Source: Carcharhinus longimanus
Lineage: Eukaryota
NCBI GenBank assembly: GCA_030264375.1
Contig: JASCQW010000156.1
Location: forward strand, 13,507,326-13,571,325
DNA length: 64,000 nt
Direction of reading: 5' to 3'
The position numbers were made by a program, and so were the translations under genes. Of the stretch, positions 1-13,625 are shown in pieces. The notes under the pieces were generated by a model that was not told the DNA's origin, ran no database searches, and worked only from the letters and a program-made list of their open reading frames with translations. Every line of letters begins with the position of its first letter. The first letter of the stretch is position 1.

Positions 1-1508
1 CTCTCAAGGTAGGGAGTAAAATCCCACCTATAGTCTTGCATGGAGCTTTTCCATACAGGCTTGCTGCTTTTCCATTCATGTTTTGGCACACAATCTATTT
101 CTCTGTCTGAATTACTGATTCTGCTGTCAATTTCAATGTTTTAACTCTTCAGATAATTTCTCATTGTCAAGCTTCCTTCAAGTTTTTATTTTCCTGATTC
201 CAATTCTTCACTGGACTTGTTCTTATTTTCTGGTTGCTTTTCATGGAGTTCAGCTTATTCTCAATTGTCTCATTAAGTTCTCTTGAACTTCATTTTGACA
301 ATTTTTGTACTATCTTTTCTTGTTTGCTGTCAGTCATTACATCTTGTTATTTTAATATTTCTGCTAGAGTTCCTTTTTTTTGCAGATTCCTCTTTATGTT
401 CAGTAATTCCTGATATCTTTTGAAGTCTTTCATTTCTGCATTTCTTCCAAGGTGAATCCATCATGTTCTTACTGGGCATGTGCATTTCACAATGGAATCT
501 TCATTTCTACTTGCCTTGACTTGTGCTGAAGGAAATTAATTGATTCTTTGGAATTCTCTATGATGGGAGTGGATAGAAAAGGGGTTCATTGTAATCCTGT
601 ACAGCGGGAATGAGCAGAAAGGGGTTTGGTTCAGTTGGAATTTCTGTAGAATAGCATGTATTGGAAAGGTTTTGGTCCATTGGATTTCAGTATAATTGGA
701 CTGAATAGGAAGGGAATAATCCGCTGGAATTCTCGAAGAACAAATTGCAATTTTATAAAGCAGGATGACATGCAAGTGAATCACTTGATTTTAATTCTAT
801 CACTGAATTAGCTACAAGTCCGGGGATTAATTTCCACAGGAGTGCACTGCTTATGAGTTTTGAATTCCTGAGCAACAGCATTTTTTTTCTTCAATATTAC
901 AGGCAACCATTCCATTTCTGCCTCCATAATCCACACTTTGCCCTTTTTGAACCAATCAAGATAGAAGATAGTATTTGATATAGTATCACTGAAGGAACTT
1001 GGAGCCACTCTTTTTTAGTAAGTCACCTGTCAATTTGATAATTGACTGGAAATGCAGAGAAGGAGAATGTGAATAATTTCCTAACTAAAGCAAACTAATA
1101 GTCCTTCTCACTTTCATTTGGCAATCAAGTCACAGCCTATCCTCATGCTGTTCCAAAACGCCACACCATGCCTAAAATTCTATCAGCATAATGGAAAAGC
1201 AGCATAGACTGCCTTATTTCATGATTTTTCTTTTCCTCTCTGTGGAGTTACCTGCGTTGTTCCCCACATGATCAAAACTAATGTGCAGAACTCTGGTTGC
1301 CAAACCCATACCTTAAGTGCATGAGAACATATGTTGCCCTAAGATGTTACTTTAGAATCACCCCGTCTTGCAGTAAAAGTCCTGGATATTCAAGTGGATT
1401 ACTACATTTTACTTTCATCCCTGGGAACCTTCAATCAATTCTAGCTTGTACTGACAAGACAAATATTTCCTTTCTTTGCTGTAATGGTCTCAAATGAAAT
1501 GAATTTGT

Positions 1509-1842
1509 GGTGGCACAATGACACAGTGGTTAGCACTGCTGCCTCACAGTGCCAGGGACCCGGTTTGATTCCAACCTTGGGGACTGTCTGTGTGGAGTTT
1601 GCACATTTTCCCTGTGCGTGGGTTTCCACTGGGTGTCCCAGTTTCGTCCCACAGTCCAAAAATGTGCAGGTTAGATGGATTGACCATGCTAAATTGCCCC
1701 TTAGTGTCCCAAGAGGTTATGGAGTTTAGTGGGGTAAATACTTCAGGTTACAGGTATAGGGCCTTGGTAAAATGCTCTGTCGGAGAGTCTTTGCAGTCTC
1801 AATGGGCCGAATGACCTCCATCTGCACTATAGGGATTCTGTG
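1509..1842 (+). mobile_element. HE1/V-SINE-like tRNA-derived SINE
   Basis: Head cacagtggttagcactgctgcctcacag..gggacccggtttgattcc, V-domain ctgtgtggagtttgcac, tail gggccgaatg..ctgcact..gggattct. Confidence 0.85.
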
Positions 1843-3121
1843 AATTGGTCCATTCTCAATCCAGCATACATTGCTTAGAATTTGTCAAATTGGCTCAGTC
1901 GACTGCATTCTCAAGTCTGAGCCAAAAAATTGTGGGAAATGCCACTTCAAAACTTTAGCGTGTAATGTAGATTAATGCAGTGGATGGAATCTTAACATGT
2001 TTAAAAAATAATGGTGGGTCCAGTATCCACTGGACAATTCAAACAGGCAAGTAAGAAAGTTTGTGACATAAGAGTTTAAGCATTTAACTAACTCTGGATC
2101 CCACAGGATATTTGTTTTAATTAGGTAGCGGCGAGAAAAAAAAGCAATTTCAGTGATATATAATCCTTACACAGCTTATTAAATGTTTAAAGAGTCTGTA
2201 TTTAAAAGTTTTACGTTGTAGTGACTTGTAACTGTATACTATAATATGCACCTCACAGGCATTCAGTTTCTTTTTATCTTGAATTTATCCATGTTATAGC
2301 ATGGATTCTCTGCAGAATTTATGCCCGCAAGCTGTGTGAGATTCTGCCACCCTCCACTCCCCCACGGAAGGTTAGAAAGACGTGTTGAGAACTGTTCAGG
2401 AAGCAGGCAGACAGTGTGATGGGCCTGTCTGAAAGTGAATGGATAGCTGGCTTCCTGACAGTCTGAGGCACAATTGGTCCAACTCTGAACTCTGGCATTT
2501 TGACTTGGCTGCATACAAATTTCTAACATGCAAACTTGATGCACGAAAATCTGTTTTCACAGAGGTCAGCATACTCTGTGCACATAGTTCCTGATTTACT
2601 GAACAAGAGTGAAATCTTGTAAAATTTTCACATCGAAGCCTGATGCTTTGTCTGAACTTGTCACCGCATGGAGTAGTTGAGGCACATAGCATAGATGTAT
2701 TTAAAGGGAAGCTAGATAAGTAGATGAAGAAATGCATAAAAATAACAGCCGGAATTCTCCCATCCCGCCCGCCACTGGAATTCTAGCCAACGAGGGGCGG
2801 ACCATGTAAAGATCCATTGAAGTTGGGCTGGAATCTCTGGTTTTCAGGCGAGCATGGCCAGAGAATCCCATGCAATATGTTGATAGGGCAAGATGAAGTA
2901 AGGAAGAGCAGGCTGTTGATTGATGTTAGCATAATCCAGATGGGCCAGATGGCCTTTTTCTGTGCTATAACTTCAATGTAATTTATCAACAAACTCAACT
3001 TTTCCACTTTTACGGGGTTGAAATTGTGTTATGGAAACAAGCATGGGAATGCCTTAAAATTAGATAGAGGAGTTTCACCCAACCGATGTAACTTGTTACT
3101 ATCATTGCACAATTGGTTTTC

Positions 3122-5235
3122 TTGATCTGATTTATTGTTTCACACGTATTAGTATACAGTGAAAAGTATTGTTTCTTGTGTACTATACAAAGCATACCGT
3201 CCATAGAGAAGGAAAGGAGAGAGTGCAGAATGTGGTGTTACAGTCATAGTTTGGGTATAGAGAAAGATCAACTTAATGTGAGGTAGGTCCATTTAAAGGT
3301 CTAATGGCAGAGGGAAGAAACTATTCTTGAGTCGGTTGGTACATGTCCTCAGAATTTTTATCTTTTTCCTGACAGAAGAAGGTGGAAGAGAGTATGCCCA
3401 GGATGCATGGGGTCCTTAATTATGCTGGCTGCTTTTCTGAGGCAATGGGATGTATAGACAATGTCAATGGGTGAGAGGCTGGTTTGAGTGATGGACTGGG
3501 CTTTGTTCTCAACACTTTGTAGTTTCTTGCAGTCTTGGACAGAGCAGGAGCCATACCAAGCTGGATACAACTAGAAAGAATGTTTTCCATGGTGCATCTG
3601 TAAAAGTTGATGAAAGTCATAGTGGACCTGTCAAACTTCCTTAGTCTTTTGAGAAAGTAGAGGTATTATTGGGCTTTCTTAGTTATAATTTCAACATGGA
3701 GCAACGAGGACAGGTTGTTGGTGACCTGGACGTCTAAAAACGTGAAGCTCTTGACCATTTCTACTTCACCCCATTGATGTAAACAGGGGCATGTCCTCCA
3801 CTAGGCTTCCTAAAGTCAATGACTATCTCCTTTTGTTGACACTGTGTAAGAGTTTATTGTCGTTGCACCAATTCAGCAGACTCTCTGTCTCTTTCCTGTA
3901 CTCTGTCTTGTTATTGCTTAAGATCTGACCCACTACGGTGGTGTCATCAGCAAACTTGAAATCAAGCTGGAGGGGAATTTGGCCACACAGCCATAGATAT
4001 ATAAGGAGTATAGTAAGGGGCTGAAGACACAGCCTTGTGGGGCACCGATGTTGAGGATGATTGTGGAGGAGGTGTTGTTGCCTACCCTTACTGATTGCAT
4101 TCTGTCGGTTAGGAAATTCAGGATCCAGCCGCAGAGGGAGTAGCTGAGCTCCATGCCATGGAATTTGGAGATAAGTTTCGGTGTTGAAGGCTGAGCTGTA
4201 GTTGATAAATAGAAGTCTGACATGGGTGTCTTTATTATCTAGGTGTTCCATGTTTGAGTGCAGGGCCAAGACAATGGCATCTGCAGTGGGCCTGTTGAGG
4301 TGGTAGGTGAGCTATAACGGATCTAGGCAATCTGAGAGGCCGGAATTGATTCATGCCATGACTAACCTTTAGAAGTACTTCATAATGATGGATGTCAGAG
4401 CCATTAGTCATTAAGCACGCTGCTTAGCTTTTTTTGGTATCAGGAAGATGGTCGTCTTCTTGAAGCAGATAGGAACCTCAGATTGTTGTAAAGAGAGGTT
4501 GAAGATGTCTGCAAATACCCTCGCCAACTGGTCTGCACAGGATCTGAGTGCTTGTCTGGGTATCCATGGGTTGACTTTTGAGAAGGCTGCTCTGACATCT
4601 GCAATAGTGACCTCGGATACAGGTTCATCCGAGGCTTCCAGGTGGAGGGTGTGTTCTCGCTGACTATTTGTTCAAAATGGGCATAGAATGCATTGAGCTC
4701 ATCAGGGAAGGGTACGTTGATACCAGTGATTTTACATGCCTTCCTCTTGTAGCCTGTTATGTCTTGCAGACCTTGCCATAGTTGGCGGGGGTCCATGTGA
4801 CTAGCACGGGGCTCCAGTTCGGGTACTGTCTCTTGGCATCTTTGATGGGTCTCTTTAGATTATATATCACTTTTTTGTATAGGCCTGGGTCACTTGACTT
4901 GAACGCCTCAGATCTAGTCTTCAGCAAGCATGACTATCCCTGCTCATCCATGGTTTCTGGTTGGGAAACATGCAGATTTGCTTCTTTGGCACAGAGTCTT
5001 CTACACACTTAATAATGAAGTCAGTTACTGCAGTTGCATACTCATTCAGGCTGGTCGCAGAGTTTTTAAATACTGACCAATCTACTGACGCTAAGCAGGA
5101 GGAGGTTATCTGATTTCTCAGACCAATATTGCACAATTTCCTTTGATGGATTCTTCTGTTTCAGGTTTTGTTTATAAGCCTGGAGCAGGAGCACAGCCTT
5201 GTGGTCTGATTTGCCAAAGATATGATTGTGCTCCC
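3122..5235 (-). mobile_element. Degenerate, 5'-truncated non-LTR retrotransposon (Rex1/Babar-like LINE, RT region and 3' UTR)
   Basis: Frameshifted peptides [67 protein letters not shown] and NFYRCTMENILS; tail ends in tcaa-type repeats. Confidence 0.85.
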
Positions 5236-6752
5236 CTACTTCCACCACCCAACCCTGACCTCCCCCACTGATTTATTTATCAAAGCTTTTCATAAGGTTC
5301 TTATCAGCACAGCAATTAACCAAGTCCATCCTTCCTCTCTCCCTCCCGTTACCCCTTATCCTAGTTCTTCCCCTGTCCACCCTTGGATTTGATGAAAGAT
5401 GATAATCAAAATCACAGGCTTGCATTGTGGCGATGAGTTCAGTCTCAAGAATCAATCAGATGATATTTTGCTGCTGCCACTGGTACTCAAGTAGAGTCCT
5501 ACTTTTTCTGTTAATGTGCTGTTCATTAACNNNNNNNNNNNNNNNNNNNNNNNNNNNNNNNNAGCATTTGTGCAGCACTCAAGACGCACAAAGGGGAGTT
5601 GGGCAGTTTTTAATGTGACCTGCACACTCGGGTGGGAGGCTAGACTTCTCCTGGGACAGACATTGTCAGGACAAGGCAATGCGAGAATTGGCAAATGGAC
5701 AATGTTGGCAGCTCTGCACCATCATCAAGCGAGATGGTTGCTGAGGAGGCAAAGCTTTGGTTGTCTTGCCAGAGCGAGCAGGCAGGAAGAGCCAAGAATT
5801 AGATGGGAAACCATGAAGTGTCTGGCTCCAAAGGCCCTCCCTGTAATGGGAAGGAGCAGCTGACACGCTCCACTTATTCCTCCTCCCCCAGAATAATGCC
5901 GTTAAGCCAGGAAAATTGACCTTAATTGGACTTTTAATTGTCTAAGTTGGCTCTTTACCACAGTTACCTGGCAGGGAGAGTCATTGATCGGCAAGATTGA
6001 TCTCCCAAGGGTGGAACCATGATCCACTTAGCATAGCTATGTTTCTTCTCCTTTTAGCTGAGCTCAAACATCAGATCAAATCCAAGGTGTGGTGTTGATG
6101 CCTTATCTTGTTAACTTGGATCTTGTATGTCTCTCTTGTGGGAACCATGAATTGGGTTCAGTTTGAACTTGGTTTTTGGAGCAAGCAAGGTGGTGGATTT
6201 CAGTCTGCCCATTCCAGTCCGAGCTGATGCATGGGCGTCGCTATGTCTTGCTGCCACCAAGACAAAGGCCAAGTATGGCTGAAAATAATTAACTTAAATT
6301 TGGCAATTCACAAGTATGAAGAATTTACTTAATTTAGAAACATTTTTGCTAGTCTGCAGCTTCAAATCTCTCCCTCCTGATTACATCCAAGAATTCCAGT
6401 CTTGCAACATTCTCATTAAGCTCAGCTTTAACATGAAGTGCGTGGGAAAAGCAACCACAAGAGGAAGGAGTGAATTCCTCAATATTTACCTCTTCAGGGT
6501 GGAGGCACACTGGAGTGAATATCAGTGCAGACATGCAAGGTGATTCTTGCTGTGCTGGACTGTATTCATAAAGCTAGTCAAATACTCAAATCTTGCCAAT
6601 TCCCAGAAACCCATACAGACACTAGAACACAGCCTTAAGTAACTTTGTATTTTTTGTTGTTTTACATTGAATTCTGCAGAAAGAGGAAATTCAGCCCAAA
6701 TGTTGTGTGCCAGTGTATATGGACCAGACAAGTTTCCTTCCACTCCTCTTGG

Positions 6753-7030
6753 TGGCCGGCATGGTGGCACAGTGGTTAGCACTGCTGCCTCATAGAGCCA
6801 GGGACCCAGGTTCGATTCCCACACTGTTTGTGTGGAGTTTGCACGTTCTCCCCATGTCTGCATGGGCTTCCTCTAAGTGCTCCAGTTTCCTCCCACAGTC
6901 TGAAAGATGTGCTGGTTAGGTGCATTGACCTGAACAGGTGCCAGAGTGTGGCGACTAGGGGAATTTTGCGGTAACTTCATTGCAGCATTAATGTAAGCCT
7001 TACTTGTGACTAATAAATAAACTTTAACTT
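6753..7030 (+). mobile_element. V-SINE, second tail type (gtgtggcgactagggg...gtaagcct..cttgtgac..aataaa)
   Basis: Same head and V-domain; tail shared with 17556-17806, 48805-49082 and 60813-61100. Confidence 0.85.
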
Positions 7031-10000
7031 CTTATCTTATCCTGCCAGCATACTTTATTCCTTGCTCCCTCATTTGCCTATTTAGCTTTTCTTTAAATTC
7101 ATCCAAGTTATTCATCTAAACTGTCGCTTGCAGTAGCAAGTTCCATATTCTTATAATACTTTAGTTAAAGGAATTTCCTAAAATTCAGCAATTCCCCAGT
7201 TTTTGGTATGTTTTGGAACCATAGGGCTGGATTTTTACCACAAATGTGGAAAACAGGGAGCCAGATCTGTTAGTGTCAGAATGCCACTTCCATGGGCAAA
7301 TTGAGATTTATGGAAATTAAAGCTGATGAGAGCAGTGTGGATCATTCAGACAGCCATGGCAGCCATCATTGAGGTTGTTGGTTGCCCTAAAAGAGAGAAT
7401 GTGTGCCAAAATTTTCCACTGCATCACAAGAAAGCAAGGCATCAAGATAAAGCAAATAGAGCTGGAAACCTGGAAACAATGAGTAACAGGAGTGAGGTCC
7501 TCCTCCCTTGAAGAAAGAGACCACCTCATCCTGCAGTAGGAACACCTCCCTGTTCATTGTGATTTGCCTTCAACTCCTCCCACACTCTTACTCCTTGCTT
7601 TTGCATCTTACAATGAGCTGTCCCCTTCCAGGGCCTTACCATCCTCAAGGTCCACAGCTCTCGGCAGAATCATGTTTGGAGAGTGTAATAGATCTCTACA
7701 ATGACCAAGACCCTTGCAGGGGGACTATTCCAGTGAGCAGTTCAGGCACAAGACCCAGCACCCTCTTATAGAGCCTATGATGCCCCATTGATTGTGAATC
7801 AGATGTGTTGTCCAACCTTGGTGAAGGGGGCATGTGTTACCTGAGTGATGCACTGGTGTGCAGCAACCACAGAGGTATACACAGATATCTCCTTCAGCAC
7901 TGCCAAATTAGTTGAGCTCAGCCAAAGATTTTCTTTTGACTTTCAGAATTCGAGTAGGAACATATTAGGTTCCTCCAATGCAAACTAAAGAAAATTAGAG
8001 ATTTGAAGACCACACTAAGCTGCCACTGATAAAGCTGCAACTGTTGAAGTCTGAGTTCTTGGAGAAAATACATTCTTTAGACACTTAATAACATTTAAAG
8101 GGAGCACTGCTTTTGCAAAAATGAAGTGTTTGGAAAATATTGCTATATTTGGTTGCAAACACACATGACAAAAATTATTGTACATTAGCATGTTGCTTCA
8201 TAGTGATGAAAACAAATGCCTGGCATCTTCTGGTCTTTCACAAAGCTCTGAAAGAAAGAGATAGCACTTCTTTGTTAATGATCCCTATTTTGCTTGAACT
8301 ATTTTCCTTCCTTTTTAGTTTAATCATATATACTTGGCTATCCATTGCCCAGGTAGAGGATGAGGTATCCAATGTTCAATGACTGGCACACTGCCTCAAT
8401 CTCTGCTCTTTCTCCTCTTACCTATAGTTCTTCAACTATTTTCTTAAAGTAATATGGCATAAGCGCACTTAAAATTGCAACTGTTATGTGCATTTGTATA
8501 TCACTGTGTGGTATATTTAGAGAGAATGATGAGAGATTTAAAAAAAGAGAATAGTGCACAGCTTGCTTTTGTAGCATTTTAACATAACAAATCATCACAT
8601 AATGCTTCAAAGTTGTGGATGAACAACAGCAAGAACAAAACAAAACAGTGGCACTAATAGAAAGACCAGAAGATAAAGTGATGAATTGCTAAGATAGAGG
8701 AAAAAGATAGATATTCATACAAACGTAAACTATGAAATTTGGTCCAAAGCCAGATTAAAATCTCTGGGTCTTCCCATAGCCAAGAAGTTTCAGATCATCA
8801 GAAACCTGAAAGACTGAGGTGGTCTGTTAGTTGCCTATGGTTTTGCTGATGGAATGCAGCCACATGTAAGGAGCCTGTACATGTTCCAAATGAGACAGGC
8901 ACACTTCATCTTACTCAATGTGCGTGCAAGTCAGGACCTGGTAAAACACAGTTGTTTCTTTTTTGAAAATTACAGCAAGTCCTAACTTTCCCAAAACGAG
9001 AAGCCAATGCTTTCTGAGACTAGATCAGAGTAAAAAATATGTTGAGACCTTTCAAGGAACAAGAAGAGCCCTAACAGAGTTAGTCTGGGGGGTCTGCAGT
9101 TTCAATCTTTAGAGCCTCAAGGATATCCAGGTGTTGGAGGAATTAAGTCTTTTAAGAGTCTCAACAATCTAGAAGTGTGTTTGCTACAATACATTAAAAT
9201 TACCAGGTCTTCCTGACAGGTAGTGTCAATGGATTGTTTATCAAAGCCACAAAGATAATGAGACGCTTCGAACACAAAGAGGGGATTCCCATTTTTGTCA
9301 CTTGCCAGCTGCACCCGATAAACTGAAAACAAGCTCTCACTAAGAAGATTGCCTTCTCCAAATACAGCAGCCTCTTGGCACACTGCTGTAGAGACTTGCC
9401 TTAATGTTAAAGGCAGTTATATCTGACTGAAATAATAAATGTGGCTGGTGATTACAGTCATGCATGTTTCATGTGAAGATAAGACAGTGAATAGGACTTG
9501 CCATTAATACACATTAAAAGGTGATGCTGTTAGAATAAAAATGGTAATCTTGTCAATAATGAGAAAGGTTAGCTTGTTTGCTGACTGATTTACTTAGCAA
9601 TCATAGATAATTTAGTCATTCCTTACTTAGTCATACCTTATGCTGTCAATTTATGGAATATTTTATGTTCCCCAAAGCTGTGGCAGAGCCTTTGGCTATT
9701 ATTGCCTGATGCTGTAGAATTCTCAAACTTTTTTCCACTGTACTGCATTTTCTCCCGTATTCAGTCAGTTTCTTACAACTTAACTCTTCAGCCATACTTT
9801 CAGGAGCCTGTGTTTTAACTATCTTTTGAACTATCCTAAAGATGCTATAAATTCATGTCGCAGATATGCCTGTATTTCTGCATGTTTACATCTGTCTCTT
9901 GCTCTGTTTGTGGCAGCATTACTGTTTCTGTGTCTATTCCCTAGAACACTAGACGTTTACAGCTGTGAAAGAGGTAATTCACTCTGTCATGTCTGTTCAG

Positions 10001-11129
10001 CAATTCAAATCCCGCTGCTCTGCTTTCCCCATAACCCTGTCTCTCTATCTGCTTCAAATATTTAACATTCCTATAAAAGATGAAATGGTTTCTAGGGGTA
10101 AGATTTTTCAGTCACGCCTGCTTGGGGACTGGAAATTCCCACCTCAGGTCAACAGACTTTCTAACAATGCATTAAATGGTCCATCCTGCCTGCGACGATT
10201 CCTGTAGCGGGCAGGATAGGAAGATTTACCACTAGATCAACATCATCTATGCCAAAGCCACGATTTTGCAACAATCCGTTATGTCAAGAAGTTTCTCTGA
10301 ACCTCATTCTAAAATTTGGCTTACAACAATTTTTAAGTACCAAAGAAAATAGTCTTTTCCAATTCATTCTATAAAAACTCAAAAGAATTTCAAGACCTTC
10401 TGTAATTTTGTTCTTGGCTCTGCTGCAGTTGTGCCTCATGTTTCCTCAGTTGTATAATATTCCACCTGGCATTATTCTGGTGAGTGTGTGTTTTACACTT
10501 TCTATGGCTTTAACTTCTTTCGTATAATGAGGTGTCCAAGCTGCACAGTCTTAGCTGTGACCTAACCAATGTTTTGCATACATTCAACATTATTCATTTA
10601 CATGTATAGTTTATGCTGCAGTTTATAAAACTCCAAATTCAATTGACTATTTTGATTGCTTTACCCAGCTGTATTTTCAGAAAATTATGCATTTGAACCT
10701 CTCAACTTTTCATTCACGTACACTCATTTCTTGTTTTAACCATGAAGTGTATGTTCCTATTCTTCCAGAAATGTAGTGCTTTGTACATATCTATATGTTT
10801 GCTACTTGTCTGACCATTTTGCTAACCTGCTAGTGTTCCTGAGTGGTTTTATATGTCCCTCACTGTATGGTAACATAAGAGGAAACCCCAAATGATATTG
10901 CTGTTATCAACATAGAAAGCTGGTAGTAAATGGTGAGAATGGCCCGTTTAGGGACAAAAAAGTGATATATTCTTAAAGGCACAAATAAACTAGAATAATT
11001 CATAAATATCTCATTTATTAAGGAGGAGAATGCCAATTAAAATTTTGGTAGATGCTAATGATGCAGTGAAAATTGAAGGCAGATGTACAAGAAAGTCTTG
11101 CTATGTTTAAGAATGGATAAGTTGCCTGG

Positions 11130-11790
11130 TTTGAGTGGAACAGCAAGGAACAGGATAGAGAAGTCATATTAAATGTTTGTCTTCAGACTGTAGGATGGTT
11201 GAGTGATGTTCCCCAAGATTTAGTGCTAGGAACACTCATTTTTTTCTTGTATAAAATGACTTAGACATTGGAGTACAGAGTAAAATTGAAAAATCTGCTG
11301 ATGAAATCAAACTCTGAGGTGTGGCATTGTGGATAATAAAAATTGACTGCAACATGACATAGAATGGGCAGACAAGTGGCAGGTGGAATTTGACGCGCAG
11401 AAGTGTGAGGTAATACATTTTAGCAGCAGGGATGGGGAGAAACAATATAAGGTTTAATGGCACAAAAACAGAAAATTCTAGCAAATCTCAGCAGATCTGA
11501 CAGCATCCATGGAGAGAGATTTAATGGTACTATTCTTTAAAAATGTGCAGGGACGAGGTTCCACGTGCAGAGATCCTTAAAAGGTGACAGGACATATTGA
11601 AAGGGTAGTTAGCAAAACATATGGGAAATAGCGATATTGAGTACAAAAGCAGTAAAGTTATGCTGAATGCTTATATCAGTCTGGTTAGGCTCCAATAGAG
11701 TATTTTGTTTACTACACTTTAGGAAGGCCCTTGACAGAATCCTGAAGCAATGTATCAAAATGGTTTCATGGATGAGGGATGGAATTTTGT
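11130..11790 (+). mobile_element. Decayed CR1-like LINE fragment (RT 3' part)
   Basis: gttccccaag..agtgctagga, tgctgatga..caaact, gggcagacaagtggcag.tggaattt..agaagtgtgaggtaat.catttt. Confidence 0.7.
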
Positions 11791-12033
11791 AGAGGCGACA
11801 AGGATTGCAGGAGCCAGCTGGAGAGCTGGTAAATGCTTGCGTCATCTCTCTTCAGGATAGCCTGCTGCATCATATTCCATTCAGGCACATGACAGGCCAG
11901 TGGCAGGTCTTCCCTGGGATCAGGGACATTCAGGGGTAGAGGTCCCACATGCTGAGAGTTGCTAGCCAATCAGAGACCAGCAGCACTATTGAATGACAGC
12001 ACCACCAGAGAAGCATAGGCTGCTGCCTGTATG

Positions 12034-12060
12034 ACACACACACACACACACACACACACA
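12034..12060. repeat. (AC)n microsatellite, about 13 units
   Basis: Direct read. Confidence 0.95.
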
Positions 12061-13189
12061 GACCTGAGGCCTAGAATCGTTGTTGGGACACAGCCCAGAC
12101 GTAAGTGATAATGGGAGGGATGTTGGCAGCATGCTCAGCGGGATGTCTCTCAACAACCATCCCCAACACCACCACCCCTCTCCTCAGCCCCCACAATGCT
12201 GGGCCCCTTGATCAGACATTGGGTGCCTTCAAATGAGTCACTCCCTCTCCATCCCTGGGAGGGAATGCTTGTTGTGGTCCTTACAAGCCTGTTGCTTGCA
12301 TTTGTCATTTAAGGGCCTCAATAAGAGTGAAGGCCATCCATGGGCCTTCCTGTCACAGACATAATTGTGAAAAGATGACCAAATCCCCAACCAACTTCCT
12401 CCCGCCTGATTAAATGCCCCCCAGCACCAAACTCACCATGGGAGGAGGAGGAGATGGTAGGGCACAGATTCTGCCCAAAGAATTTAGTTATAAGGTTAAA
12501 TTGAAAAAGCAGTGTTGCTCTTGTTGGAGCACAGGAGATTGAGAGGAGATTTATTTTTAGAGGTGTATAGGATTATGACAGGTTTAGATATGGCAGATAA
12601 TTTGTAACCATTGACATAGTCCAGCTGTGTTGAAATTTGGGTCTGGTATAACAACACTATCTTGATTGGCATAGTGGGGAAAAGTGGACAAGTCCAATCA
12701 ATAAGGTCCAGAATTACTGTAAATAATGAGCGAAAGGCCTATGGAATGTATGTAGCTGTGCACGATGTCTATGTCTGCATAAAATTGGGAAAGTATCAAG
12801 AGCCAGCCTGTTTAATGTTGTTGACTTCAAACTTCTATCATGAATTATGGTTTGGTAAATGTGCCAGCAACATCCCACAAACCAAAAAGAGATGAATGGT
12901 AACGTAAGTTGAAGGACGAGCTCCCTGTTCTCCTTTAATCGTGTGCTGGAATTTCACAGACAGATGGGGTCTGGGATTAGTACCTCACCTGAAGGTCCAG
13001 TTGTGCAATTAAAATGTGAAGCAATTGCATCAACATATGCAGCAGTTTATTATTCTGAAAATTAAGTCTTGCGCGAACATTAATTGGTTTTATTTTCTAC
13101 ACCCACTGAGTTACTGCTTCTTCAACCCACCACATCTCTAGAATTCCACGTCAGCCTCCTCTGTTGACAGATTGGAATTGAAAAAAAGG

Positions 13190-13625
13190 AAGACTTTTTA
13201 TTGTGATTTTTCACAACCACATGATGACTCAAAGCACTTTACAGCCAATGGAGTATTGTTGAAGTGTAGTCACTGTTGTAATATGTGCAGATAGTTCCCA
13301 CTAACAACAATGTGATCATGACCAGTTAATCTGATTATTTTATTTAGAGCTGTTGATTGAGGAATAATTATTGGCCAGGACGCTAGGAGTAACTCCTCTA
13401 ATCTTCTTCAAAATAGAGCAATGGAATATTTTATAATTATCTGAGAAAATAGATTGTTTCTTGGTTTAATATTTCATCCAAAGTATTGCACCTCCAACAA
13501 TGCAGTACTCCCTTACTGCACTGAATTATCAGCCTAGATTTTTGTTATCAAATCTCTGGAGTGAGACTGGAATCCATGGTTTTCTTGATGCAGCAGTGAG
13601 CACTATCACCTCAGCCATGGCTGGC
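13190..13625 (-). mobile_element. DeuSINE-like (SacSINE1/AmnSINE1-type) element
   Basis: Reverse complement of acagtgactacacttcaa..cattggctgtaaagtgcttt, tcctggccaa and agtgcagt..gggagt.ctgca. Confidence 0.7.

Noticed and set aside
1509-1580. tRNA genes at SINE heads (also near 6760, 54945, 60820 and 63130)
   Set aside because: A/B-box-like heads continue into SINE bodies and do not form complete cloverleaves.
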